Below are positions 41,838-50,844 of a stretch of 64,000 nucleotides of DNA, one piece after another. The position numbers were made by a program, and so were the translations under genes. This DNA is from Nitrososphaerota archaeon. Its GTDB lineage: Archaea; Thermoproteota; Nitrososphaeria_A; Caldarchaeales; Calditenuaceae. How positions within the stretch are numbered: the stretch's first letter is position 1; each line of letters opens with the position of its first letter. The notes beneath the pieces were generated by a model. The model was not told where the DNA came from. It saw nothing but the letters and a program-made list of their open reading frames with translations, and did no database searches. Where the stretch lies: contig JBEPYO010000001.1 of assembly GCA_041641295.1 (NCBI GenBank), positions 640,001 through 704,000 on the forward strand, written 5' to 3'.

Positions 41838-41909
41838 TGGGGCCGGTGGGAATCGAACCCACGACCTCCGCCGCGTCAGGGCGGCGTCATACCGCTAGAC
41901 CACGGCCCC
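41838..41909 (-). tRNA. tRNA-Val (GAC), intronless, CCA not encoded
   Basis: Reverse complement GGGGCCGTGGTCTAGCGGTATGACGCCGCCCTGACGCGGCGGAGGTCGTGGGTTCGATTCCCACCGGCCCCA folds as a cloverleaf with anticodon arm CCGCC-CT GAC GC-GGCGG and T-loop TTCGATT. Confidence 0.97.
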
Positions 41910-41976
41910 AACTGCATCAGACCGATTCAGCACTCTTTATTTTTAGTCTTTTGCTTTTCTGCGGGGGGTAAACTTG

Positions 41977-42867
41977 TTAAAGCGTCTTGGCGTGGCAGTC
42001 TATCCTAATTTTGGGCAGTTGTGTGAGGCTTGTCTTCCTTGCGTAGCTGATTTCTGAGAGGGCCCAGAACCTATCATTCACATCGCAAAGCCAAACCTGA
42101 GACAGCCCTATTGTTTTCCTCCTAACCGCAAGACCCTTTGGATGGATGGGGTAGGCTACGGCTTGGTGAGCACCCTCTTCACGGGCGGCGAGCGGCTCAC
42201 GGCCTATAAACACCTTATATTTTTCGAGTAGCTTTGAGTGGAATTTCTTGAGCCACTGTGTCATCTCGAGTCCGAGGGCGGCTGCGGGCCCCGCCCTTTC
42301 TATCACCACCACATTATTCTCATCTTCTAGGACCAGGGAGAACATGCCTGTAGTAGAGTTTATGGCGCTTATCCAGAGCGTGGAGGGGGCGAGTATTTGG
42401 AACTCGTAGAGACTTAGGAGCATCATGCCATCGCTCCGGTGGCATTTAAGACTTCTGAAGATGGCTGCCCAGTCTTCACTTTCCTGCTGGAGGTTCAGCT
42501 TGAAAAATTTCAACACCCCCGAGCACGCCCACGCATAGGCTATAAAACGACCTGCCTCTACGCGGCCAGTAATCTTCAGAGCCCTGTGCCCAAATATCTC
42601 GCCCTCGTATTTTTCGACATCTGCCCACTTCTCAGCCTGTCTACTCTTGATGAGCCTCTCAACCCACTGGGCGAGCCCTACGGCATCGTAGTTCTTAGAC
42701 CTGTCAACTATAATCTCCACTCTAGGATAACCTTTGTCAGAGAATACTGAGTAGGAGCTGTGCGGCCCTATCCTCTCCGCGGCTAGCCTTAATGTCTCGG
42801 GTGCGAGAAACTCTATGCCACGCCAACCGATGAGTGTCTGATTAGCTATATCCGATGTGTTAGACAA
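41977..42867 (-). CDS. hypothetical protein made of two tandem repeats, each with H, WxC and CH motifs
   Basis: Halves align by eye: FLAP/ILAP, GHRA/AHQA, WAC/WLC, LKCH/IDCH. Overlaps the upstream gene by 8 nt. Confidence 0.75.
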   Translation of the reverse strand: MSNTSDIANQTLIGWRGIEFLAPETLRLAAERIGPHSSYSVFSDKGYPRVEIIVDRSKNYDAVGLAQWVERLIKSRQAEKWADVEKYEGEIFGHRALKITGRVEAGRFIAYAWACSGVLKFFKLNLQQESEDWAAIFRSLKCHRSDGMMLLSLYEFQILAPSTLWISAINSTTGMFSLVLEDENNVVVIERAGPAAALGLEMTQWLKKFHSKLLEKYKVFIGREPLAAREEGAHQAVAYPIHPKGLAVRRKTIGLSQVWLCDVNDRFWALSEISYARKTSLTQLPKIRIDCHAKTL

Positions 42868-43879
42868 GACCCATCAATGTCATTAGCGAGAAGGCTGCGG
42901 CCCACGCAGCGCCAGCCCTAAACCTCCCCAACCCATACACCACGTTAAGTGCATATGCCCCTAGGCCCGAAATCCAGAGCCAAGCAACCGGGGAGAGCGC
43001 CCTTCTAATATAGGTCAAGGCGAGCTCATCGCTTGACATCTCTGACAGCCCCATTATCGTCGCATCAATATATCTGTACGTCTCAACCTCGGCGGAACTC
43101 CAGTTCAAATATAGCGGAGTAACTTGAGAAATGTTGAAGGGGACAGCTATTCTGTCCACACCATTAACTACTGCCTCACTGAGCATCAGCCCTTCAATGG
43201 TTATCCTTTGACGACCTCCCTCCAAGGCCCTCCTTTTTTCAGCATCGCTCAAACCTGTGAGGTTTACCCTTAACCCCGAGGAGTCTAAGACCTCCGCCTT
43301 CAGAGTCAAGGCACGCGCCAGAGGAGCATAAATAGCTGAGCCGTTGGACAATATGTCCTCTCTAACACCCGCCGGGACTTCGACACCCTCATAGATCCCA
43401 GTGACTGAAAGGTCGCGAAAACCAACACCATTTGCCTCATATCCATAAACGATGATGGTGGATGGTGGGAGAAGGAGGCTAATTAGTGAGCCGACGGCAA
43501 TGAAGATGAAGAGTATCAGGAATCCGTTCAGTATGGATGAAAGGATAGATAACAGGTTTCCATTCTTCTTTTTGAGGAAGAACGAGAAGACCCACAGTAC
43601 TCCGAACAACACTCCTATGGCTAGGAAGAAGTAGGCAATCTGCCGAGCAATGACAAACCTTATGTCTACGGTGGGTGTCGGAATCTTCTCATCAAAAACA
43701 TTGATTATCTCGAGCCTAGGCAAGGACACTAACGTATCTAAGGTGATGCTGGATGCCACTACGAGGAAGAAGATGAGCATTGCTACTCCAGTACCTGGTC
43801 TCTCAGAGATCTCTGAAATCACCTTTCCCGGGCTGTGTATTATCCTGATGGGGCGTGTGAGCAGGGATGTGAAAGACAT
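42860..43879 (-). CDS. Yip1-like membrane protein with large extramembrane insertion
   Basis: N-terminal IIHSPGKVISEISERP followed by 3 TM helices, an approximately 150-aa insert, and 2 more TM helices. Confidence 0.65.
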   Translation of the reverse strand: MSFTSLLTRPIRIIHSPGKVISEISERPGTGVAMLIFFLVVASSITLDTLVSLPRLEIINVFDEKIPTPTVDIRFVIARQIAYFFLAIGVLFGVLWVFSFFLKKKNGNLLSILSSILNGFLILFIFIAVGSLISLLLPPSTIIVYGYEANGVGFRDLSVTGIYEGVEVPAGVREDILSNGSAIYAPLARALTLKAEVLDSSGLRVNLTGLSDAEKRRALEGGRQRITIEGLMLSEAVVNGVDRIAVPFNISQVTPLYLNWSSAEVETYRYIDATIMGLSEMSSDELALTYIRRALSPVAWLWISGLGAYALNVVYGLGRFRAGAAWAAAFSLMTLMGLV

Positions 43880-43892
43880 GGCAGCGTTACAC

Positions 43893-46800
43893 TTAATCTA
43901 TCTGCTCCTTGATAAGTCCTTTCGAGAACTCTAAGTACCTGTTCCTCTCCTCGACGGTTATTGCCCTCCAGATTAGGACCTGCTTTCTGAGGTCGTCTGC
44001 AAAGAAGTATGCCTGGGTAGCCCACATCGCGTCTGCTCCGCTGATCTTTGTCATGATTAGCTCGAACGAGTATCTCTTGGCAGACTCCTCGTAGATGGAG
44101 GCTATCTCTACGTGCTGGTTTATGCCCTGTTCGTAGGGGGCCAGCGAGACATCCAGCCGCAGCCTCATTTCGCCCCTATTGTTTAATACTGGTGGCATGA
44201 CCTCTCTCACGGTGTAGCTGGGCTTCTGCGCACCAGCTCCGACATAATACTCGTATAGGAAGGCCATGAATGCCGCTGCCTCGTCCCTGTTGTCGATGCT
44301 TAGTGGGAGTGGGAGGCGCCATACCCCCTGCTTGGGCTTTGTGGGTGGCTTCCACTTCCTCTCGAGGGAGGGTGTGACCAGCATGGCGGCAATTCTTGAT
44401 GGGTATACTGAGGCAAGCATGGCGGCTAATATCACGATGCCGAGGGAGAGCATTATGAAGATGGAGGCATAGTTGAGAGTGTAGACTCTTGGCAGGAGCC
44501 CGAATTCTATGAAGGCCCTGTTCAACACGAATCCATTTAGATACCCGATGAGAGCGCCTAGCGAGGCGTAGACGGCAGATTCTACGAAGAAGAGGAAGCT
44601 GGAGCCTAGAGGCGGCAAGCCTAACACAGAGTAGACCGATATCTCCCGCCTCCTCTCCTCCACACTGCCCATGAGGTTAATTACCGTATTTAGTGCGCCG
44701 ATGACAATCAGCGCCGGCACAATCTCCCACCCAACGGTCTTAAAGCTCGTGACACGGGAGCCCCTATATGTCGAGCCGCCCTCACCCACGTATACCGCGA
44801 GGTCTGTAACCATGCTCAAGTCTCTGGCGAGCTGGCGCATACTCTCGCCGGCCCCACCTTCCGCGGGATAAATGTTGTAGGACGCCGTGTATCCGCCGAG
44901 GCTGGTAACTAGTCCGTATGGAGCGATAATCAGCCTGTCCCACGAGAGGGGAGGCGGAATCTGCTGTGCGGGCACAGTTGCGCCAAAGGCTATGGATCCT
45001 ACATAGTATGGATTTATAGGCGCCATTGAGAAGCCGCTGATCTCGAACAGTTTTTCAGCTTCGGCAGCAGAGTATATGCCTACTACTTTTAAGGGGAGGC
45101 CCATGGCATAGAGCCTGTCACCGACCTGAACTCCAAGCATCTCTGCCAACGTATCAGGGACAAGTATCTCGTAGGCGTATTCACTACTGAAGATGCTGCT
45201 GGGGCCCTTTGATTGAATTATGCAGCAGGCTCCTAGTTGTACGACTGAGCTATTCTCATTCCCTACTAGCTGCGCAACTGTTCGCTCAAGGTCAGGTCCT
45301 GTGAGGCCTAGTATTGCATGGATGTTGTAGAAATTTCCTGAGAGCGGGTCCTTGCTGAGCTGGAGTATTGGGCCCACCGCAGGGTAGATTGAGACTGGGT
45401 AGTACCATGCCCTAGGTGCCACCACCATGCCCTGCGCCTCGTAAGCCTTCAGCACCTCACGCCCCTCATCACCCATGACGCCTCCAACTGGGATACCATA
45501 GCCAATCCTCACCGAGACCCCATCTGTTGGTGCACTCTGTGGTAGCGACGGGAATGCAACATCAACCGAGGGAGCGACTGAGGTGAAGATTGAGAGTCCG
45601 AGTGTCACACCTATGATTGAGCCGATTATCAGCGTAGTCCTCAACCTCCTTCTCCTCATGTTTTCTACGGCTGTGTTATATGCGACAGCCATTATCCCCA
45701 CGCGGCCAATCTCAAGAACGTGAGACCCAAGCATCCTGTAGGATATGCTACGCCTTACGCGCTCAACTTCGTTACCCAAGACCGAGAGAACAATCATGTA
45801 CAGCACTATTGTGAGGAGGCCGAAGACTGCCATTAGAGCTGTGCTCATAACACTGAATGCGGGGTGAACCTCGGTGAAGATTAGGAAGAGGACAGCGCCC
45901 ACAGATATTATCGATAGAAGCCTCTTCTTCCCTTCAGCATGTATGACCAGACGCTCTACGAAGACGCTGCTCAAGACTATTAAGCCTATAAAGAATAGGC
46001 TTGTGTTTGAGGAGTCGTTTATAAGACCCATAACCTCGTTGTACGCCCTGTATGCCCAGCCCCACGCAAGCATTGAGTAGGACTGGAAGAGGGAGTACTT
46101 TCTATTGGAGTAGGCCTCCTCGGCCAGACGTAGATACTTCTCAACCTGCTCCAGCTTCTGCTCGATGCTAATGGTCTTAACATTCTTGGAGCTCAGCGCA
46201 TCATACCTGCCCTTGGTTATTCTGTACATATCGAGCGCAATTCTGTAGGCTGTGTTGTGAACCACCAGCTCGTGTTCAGACTTGAAGCCTACACCCTCCG
46301 TCTCCCTCTCAGTCGAGTTTACGAGGGCTATGTATGGCACACGGGAGAGGGCTACTCCAGCCCCACCAAGCCTGCCAAGAACCATGAAGACTTCGCCGGG
46401 CTGAGTGAAGACTACACCCACAGGCTCATACATGTTAAAGTAAACTCCATAGAAGAGCAGATCGCCTCTGATTCGGAAGTTGAGGGGGACTATCTGGGCG
46501 CCGGCTGTATGATACCACCCACCTCCGAGCCCAGCTTGCCCGCCTGTCGTCGGCGCTGCCCACCCCGCCAGGTGCGGGTCAGGCATTAGTGCCGGCCTGA
46601 AGTTGGTGAGGTCTATGACGTCGAAGATGTAGGTTGGCACAGCCCTGAAGACGACTACTGAGACCTCGTCATAGGGTGAGAGGGGAGAAATTGTCGGCGG
46701 AATTGACCTAGCACCATAGATGCCGAGGTCGGGGGCGTATATTATCTCCCCAGTCTCATCATCGAATCCCCATGCCTCGACGAAATATCTGCTGCCCGGG

Positions 46801-48638
46801 ACGAATGGATAAGGCACAAGACCCTTAATAGTGAACATTCCATTCTCATCGGCGAAGGTCATCATCTTGTTGAAGGGATATGGTAGTGGCCAGTAGCCTG
46901 CGCTGAGGCCGCCTCCCACCGCCGTCCCACCTCCAGGTCCATAGACAACTGAGGCGGTGGGTGTGAAGCCTACATAGACCCTGACTAGGAGCTTGGGAAC
47001 CGGCCTATACCATCCAACCGATGCGTTATAGGTGATAACCTTCCCCCTAAGCTCGATGAAGCCTGCATATTCTGCAAAGCCTCCGGGCTGTATGAATAGG
47101 CGAGAGGGTGAGACGCTCTGCCAGCTAATTCCAAGGCTTTTCTCATTCAGGAATGAGTCGATGATGTGGGCTATTGTGTAGAGCTGGGGACGGAGGCGCT
47201 CCAAATCCACTAGAGAGAGGTCGCTAACAGGAGTTCCTATCCAAGACAGTGATGTCTGGGAGGATTGTATTGTGAAGGCTATGCCCCTCGTCTGCTCTGC
47301 AGGCTCTGTATCAAGCATGCTTGGATACTGCTGAGAACCCCAGTACATCGTGTTGGTGAAGAACTCCTTTACAAAAGAGTCGGATTTTATACCAGTCATC
47401 TTTTGAAGATTCGAGACAAAGTCTTCATCATGAATATAGCTGGTGAATATCTGTCTCCTTATCCAAGAGTATCTCACAGTTATTCCTCCAGCGTTGCCTG
47501 TCGTCGCGTAAAGGTTAAGCGCGCTCCCTCTCAGCAGGTCAAGCCCTATTCCATAGGGGTCTAGTTCTCCGATTCCTATCATGAGGATCGGTCTGAACCT
47601 GCCCTCCGCAACCTCCCGGGAGAAGTAGAAATTATCCACGAAGTTCCTCGGACCGGCTAGCCCCTGCCAATGCCCGCTAAAGAAGACGAACCAGGCATTC
47701 CAGTACGGCTTATTCTCTGAATAGTATCTTGCAAGCTCTAGGAGGAATGCTGGGGGAACTGCCTCCATTGCTGCCGGGGAGAGTGCGGGGACGGCTGACC
47801 AGCTATCAAACCGCGCGGTGAAGATCATGGTTGTCGGATCGGCACTATTCGTGCCGTTTAGCGCGCCGATCACATTATAGGCCGTGGTCTCGATGTATCT
47901 CATTCTAACGAAGACAGTTACCCTCGCACCTTTTTCAGCAGCTTCTTTCAGTCTTTCTCCTGTTTCACTTGTGACGTAGAGTCGGGGAAAGTTAAGTGGG
48001 GCGTCGATGAACTTTTTTAGAGAGTCTAGGTAGTGTGGGACTGCTGGTGGCTCGATAAAGATTACAGCGCGTGCTCCAAGCTTCGCAGCGTTTAGCCAGT
48101 TGGAGCCGCTAGTATAATCCATGAGAACAATGCTTCCGACAACATCTTTCCCGTCAAAATCCTCCAGCTCTCCACGCCCCACATATATTAAGTGTCCACG
48201 TACCCCCTCTTTCCTTGTCATGGAGGTGTGGGGCCCGTTTGGCCAGACGGCATATGCTTCAAGCCTCGTCCTCTCTCCTCTTGATTCAAGCTCGATGTAT
48301 GAGCCCTCGTCGATCGGTACTACAACACTGTAATTCTGAATAATCACTTTGAGGCCCATCTCCCTAAGCCTGTCAGCGATATATTGTGCGGCCTTGTAGT
48401 GTCCGGGATAACCCGTCACGCGGCTTCCAAGGCTACTTAGATACTCTATATGCTGGGCCATTAGGGAAGTGTTTATGTCGTTAGGCGAGACTTTCTTTAG
48501 AGGTGTTTCCTGGGCCTCTGCTATTGGGACGTGGGTAAGAGAGAATGTTGACACAAGTAGCAATAGGGTTAGAGCTATTGTGATGCTGTGTCTGAGGTGC
48601 CTCGGACGAGTGCAGGAAAGCATTTCTTTCGGGTACAT
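43893..48638 (-). CDS. giant FtsX/MacB-family permease with N-terminal M28-like/PA ectodomain
   Basis: Signal peptide; LSSLGSRVTGYPGHYKAAQYI; PA domain (IYVGRGELEDFDGKDVVGSIVL, AAKLGARAVIF); ARFDS; extra TM bundle; NMRRRRLRTTL; LAEMLGVQVGDRL; SVEERRREISVYSVLG. Confidence 0.85.
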   Translation of the reverse strand: MYPKEMLSCTRPRHLRHSITIALTLLLLVSTFSLTHVPIAEAQETPLKKVSPNDINTSLMAQHIEYLSSLGSRVTGYPGHYKAAQYIADRLREMGLKVIIQNYSVVVPIDEGSYIELESRGERTRLEAYAVWPNGPHTSMTRKEGVRGHLIYVGRGELEDFDGKDVVGSIVLMDYTSGSNWLNAAKLGARAVIFIEPPAVPHYLDSLKKFIDAPLNFPRLYVTSETGERLKEAAEKGARVTVFVRMRYIETTAYNVIGALNGTNSADPTTMIFTARFDSWSAVPALSPAAMEAVPPAFLLELARYYSENKPYWNAWFVFFSGHWQGLAGPRNFVDNFYFSREVAEGRFRPILMIGIGELDPYGIGLDLLRGSALNLYATTGNAGGITVRYSWIRRQIFTSYIHDEDFVSNLQKMTGIKSDSFVKEFFTNTMYWGSQQYPSMLDTEPAEQTRGIAFTIQSSQTSLSWIGTPVSDLSLVDLERLRPQLYTIAHIIDSFLNEKSLGISWQSVSPSRLFIQPGGFAEYAGFIELRGKVITYNASVGWYRPVPKLLVRVYVGFTPTASVVYGPGGGTAVGGGLSAGYWPLPYPFNKMMTFADENGMFTIKGLVPYPFVPGSRYFVEAWGFDDETGEIIYAPDLGIYGARSIPPTISPLSPYDEVSVVVFRAVPTYIFDVIDLTNFRPALMPDPHLAGWAAPTTGGQAGLGGGWYHTAGAQIVPLNFRIRGDLLFYGVYFNMYEPVGVVFTQPGEVFMVLGRLGGAGVALSRVPYIALVNSTERETEGVGFKSEHELVVHNTAYRIALDMYRITKGRYDALSSKNVKTISIEQKLEQVEKYLRLAEEAYSNRKYSLFQSYSMLAWGWAYRAYNEVMGLINDSSNTSLFFIGLIVLSSVFVERLVIHAEGKKRLLSIISVGAVLFLIFTEVHPAFSVMSTALMAVFGLLTIVLYMIVLSVLGNEVERVRRSISYRMLGSHVLEIGRVGIMAVAYNTAVENMRRRRLRTTLIIGSIIGVTLGLSIFTSVAPSVDVAFPSLPQSAPTDGVSVRIGYGIPVGGVMGDEGREVLKAYEAQGMVVAPRAWYYPVSIYPAVGPILQLSKDPLSGNFYNIHAILGLTGPDLERTVAQLVGNENSSVVQLGACCIIQSKGPSSIFSSEYAYEILVPDTLAEMLGVQVGDRLYAMGLPLKVVGIYSAAEAEKLFEISGFSMAPINPYYVGSIAFGATVPAQQIPPPLSWDRLIIAPYGLVTSLGGYTASYNIYPAEGGAGESMRQLARDLSMVTDLAVYVGEGGSTYRGSRVTSFKTVGWEIVPALIVIGALNTVINLMGSVEERRREISVYSVLGLPPLGSSFLFFVESAVYASLGALIGYLNGFVLNRAFIEFGLLPRVYTLNYASIFIMLSLGIVILAAMLASVYPSRIAAMLVTPSLERKWKPPTKPKQGVWRLPLPLSIDNRDEAAAFMAFLYEYYVGAGAQKPSYTVREVMPPVLNNRGEMRLRLDVSLAPYEQGINQHVEIASIYEESAKRYSFELIMTKISGADAMWATQAYFFADDLRKQVLIWRAITVEERNRYLEFSKGLIKEQID

Positions 48639-48758
48639 TCACGCTAAACGTGTTTATCAACCTTTCCATCAAAAGCTATTTAACAGCATCTACACTCTCT
48701 TTGGCTCGCACAGGTTGAAGATTTTTTAATAACATTTAGATGGCTATATTCGCGCCTG

Positions 48759-49835
48759 GTGAGGGAGTTGGGGGAAATTAAGGTCGGGATTATAGGTTGT
48801 GGGGGTATTGCGCAAAATGCTCACATTCCGGGCTATCAGCGTCTCGCGAATGTGAAGGTCGTGGCTTGCTGTGATGTTGTGGAGTCTGTCGCAAGGACGG
48901 TTGCTGAGAAGTTCAGTATTCCGCGTTACTTTACTGACTATGAAAAGATGCTTAAGAGTGTGGAGTTGGATGCCGTCAGTGTCTGCACACCTAACGCCCT
49001 CCATAAGGAGCCGACAATAATGGCACTTGAGCGCGGCGTACATGTCCTAGTAGAGAAGCCCATTGCCACGAGTGCAGAGGATGGGGCCGCGATGGTTCGT
49101 GCCGCTAGGAAGGCTGGTAGGATACTGATTGTTGGCTTTCAGGAGCGCTTCAACCCTTACGGGATGGTGGTTAAGAAATTTGTGGAGCGTGGGGACTTGG
49201 GGTGGGTTTACTATAACAGGGCAGTTTATCTGAGGAGGAGGGGAGTGCCGACTTGGGGAGCCTTCCTGAACAGGGAGCTGCAGGGAGGTGGAGCCCTGAT
49301 AGATATCGGCGTCCACGCCCTTGACCTAGCGATGTATCTTCAGGGGTTCAAAAAGCCTGTTAGCGTGCTGGGCAGAGCCTACACCCTCTTCGGAAAGGAC
49401 AGGGAGGCTGCTGAAGCAAATATTTGGGGCGCATGGGATACTGAGAAGTTTGAGGTAGACGATAACGCATTCGCTGTAGTGACCATGGAGGATGGCTCAT
49501 TCCTAGTACTTGAGACTTCTTGGGCCAGCCACATCAAGTCGCAGGGCCTCTTCAACGTCTATCTCCGAGGGACGAGGGGTGGTGCACAGCTTGACCCTCC
49601 AGAAATATATATGGATAGGAATGGAGTTGCCTTTGATATGACACCTGTTATTAACACTAAGCCGGATTGGAGGGAGCAGTCCTACATTAAGATAAAGAAA
49701 TTTATCGAGTCGATTGAGGTTGGGAAGCCTCTCTACGCGCCGGGCGAGGAGGGAGTGGTTGTGCAGAGCGTCATCGACGCCATCTATAGGTCGACTGAGA
49801 CGGGCAAGGTCGAGCCAGTACACATACCCCTATAG
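48759..49835 (+). CDS. Gfo/Idh/MocA-family NAD(P) oxidoreductase
   Basis: GIIGCGGIA, CTPNALH, VEKP, GGGALIDIGVHALD. Confidence 0.93.
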   Translation: MRELGEIKVGIIGCGGIAQNAHIPGYQRLANVKVVACCDVVESVARTVAEKFSIPRYFTDYEKMLKSVELDAVSVCTPNALHKEPTIMALERGVHVLVEKPIATSAEDGAAMVRAARKAGRILIVGFQERFNPYGMVVKKFVERGDLGWVYYNRAVYLRRRGVPTWGAFLNRELQGGGALIDIGVHALDLAMYLQGFKKPVSVLGRAYTLFGKDREAAEANIWGAWDTEKFEVDDNAFAVVTMEDGSFLVLETSWASHIKSQGLFNVYLRGTRGGAQLDPPEIYMDRNGVAFDMTPVINTKPDWREQSYIKIKKFIESIEVGKPLYAPGEEGVVVQSVIDAIYRSTETGKVEPVHIPL

Positions 49836-49858
49836 CCTCGTGGCGGAGGTGCCCCCGT

Positions 49859-50842
49859 ATGGAGTACGTTAATCTGGGCAGGGCAGGGGTCAAGGTCTCT
49901 AGAATCTGTCTAGGATGCCTCAACTTTGGCAATGCCCGTGAATGGATGGTTGAGTATGATGGCGCGAAGAAGGTCTTTGAGAAGGCGTGGGATTTGGGCA
50001 TCAACTTCTTCGATACCGCTAATGTCTATTCGCGGGGAAGGTCTGAGGAGATTCTCGGGATGCTGCTGGAGGGGAGGAGGGATGACGCCGTGGTGGCCAC
50101 TAAGGTGTTTGGCAGAATGGGTGAGGGCCCGAACCAGGCAGGATTGTCAAGAAAGCATATCATGTGGCAGGTCCGCGAGTCTCTTAGGAGGCTTAGGACA
50201 GACTACATAGACCTATACCAGATACATAGATGGGACTATGAGACGCCGATTGAAGAGACGTTAGCGACACTTAACGACTTAGTCAGGGCAGGTAAGGTCC
50301 ACTACATCGGCGCCTCGAGCATGTGGGCTTGGCAGTTCACCAAGGCAATATACATCAGCAGGATGAAGGGCTACGCCGAGTTCGTCAGCATGCAGAACGT
50401 CTACAACCTGTTATACAGGGAGGAGGAGAGGGAGATGATCCCATTCTGTAAGAGTGAGGGCATAGCGATAATCCCATGGAGCCCCCTAGCGGTAGGAGTC
50501 CTAAGCGGGAAATACTATGTGAACGGCAGGCTGGTAGTGACGGAGAAGGATTTTGAGCGTATAAGGCCCGGCACGAATGACTATAACGCGTACATCGCGC
50601 CACCTGAGAATGCCGAGATTGTAAGGAGGGTGATTGAGGTGGCGCAGAATAAGGGTGTGAAGCCATCCCAGATAGCCTTGGCTTGGTTGTTTAAGAAGGG
50701 TGTGACAGCGCCCATCATAGGGACGAATAATCCGGCCCATGTGGAGGAGGCTGTTGAGGCTCTCAAGATAAATCTCAGCGACGATGAGGTCAAGTATCTG
50801 GAGGAGCCCTACAGACCTAAGCCTGTCTTCGGGCACAGGTAA
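49859..50842 (+). CDS. aldo/keto reductase (YajO/Tas-like)
   Basis: GINFFDTANVYSRG, VATK, DYIDLYQIHRWD, GKVHYIGAS, PWSPLA. Confidence 0.93.
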   Translation: MEYVNLGRAGVKVSRICLGCLNFGNAREWMVEYDGAKKVFEKAWDLGINFFDTANVYSRGRSEEILGMLLEGRRDDAVVATKVFGRMGEGPNQAGLSRKHIMWQVRESLRRLRTDYIDLYQIHRWDYETPIEETLATLNDLVRAGKVHYIGASSMWAWQFTKAIYISRMKGYAEFVSMQNVYNLLYREEEREMIPFCKSEGIAIIPWSPLAVGVLSGKYYVNGRLVVTEKDFERIRPGTNDYNAYIAPPENAEIVRRVIEVAQNKGVKPSQIALAWLFKKGVTAPIIGTNNPAHVEEAVEALKINLSDDEVKYLEEPYRPKPVFGHR

Positions 50843-50844
50843 TA

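Noticed and set aside
39150-41909. Possible integrated element at the tRNA-Val 3' end
   Set aside because: No integrase gene and no duplicated tRNA 3' fragment found by eye.
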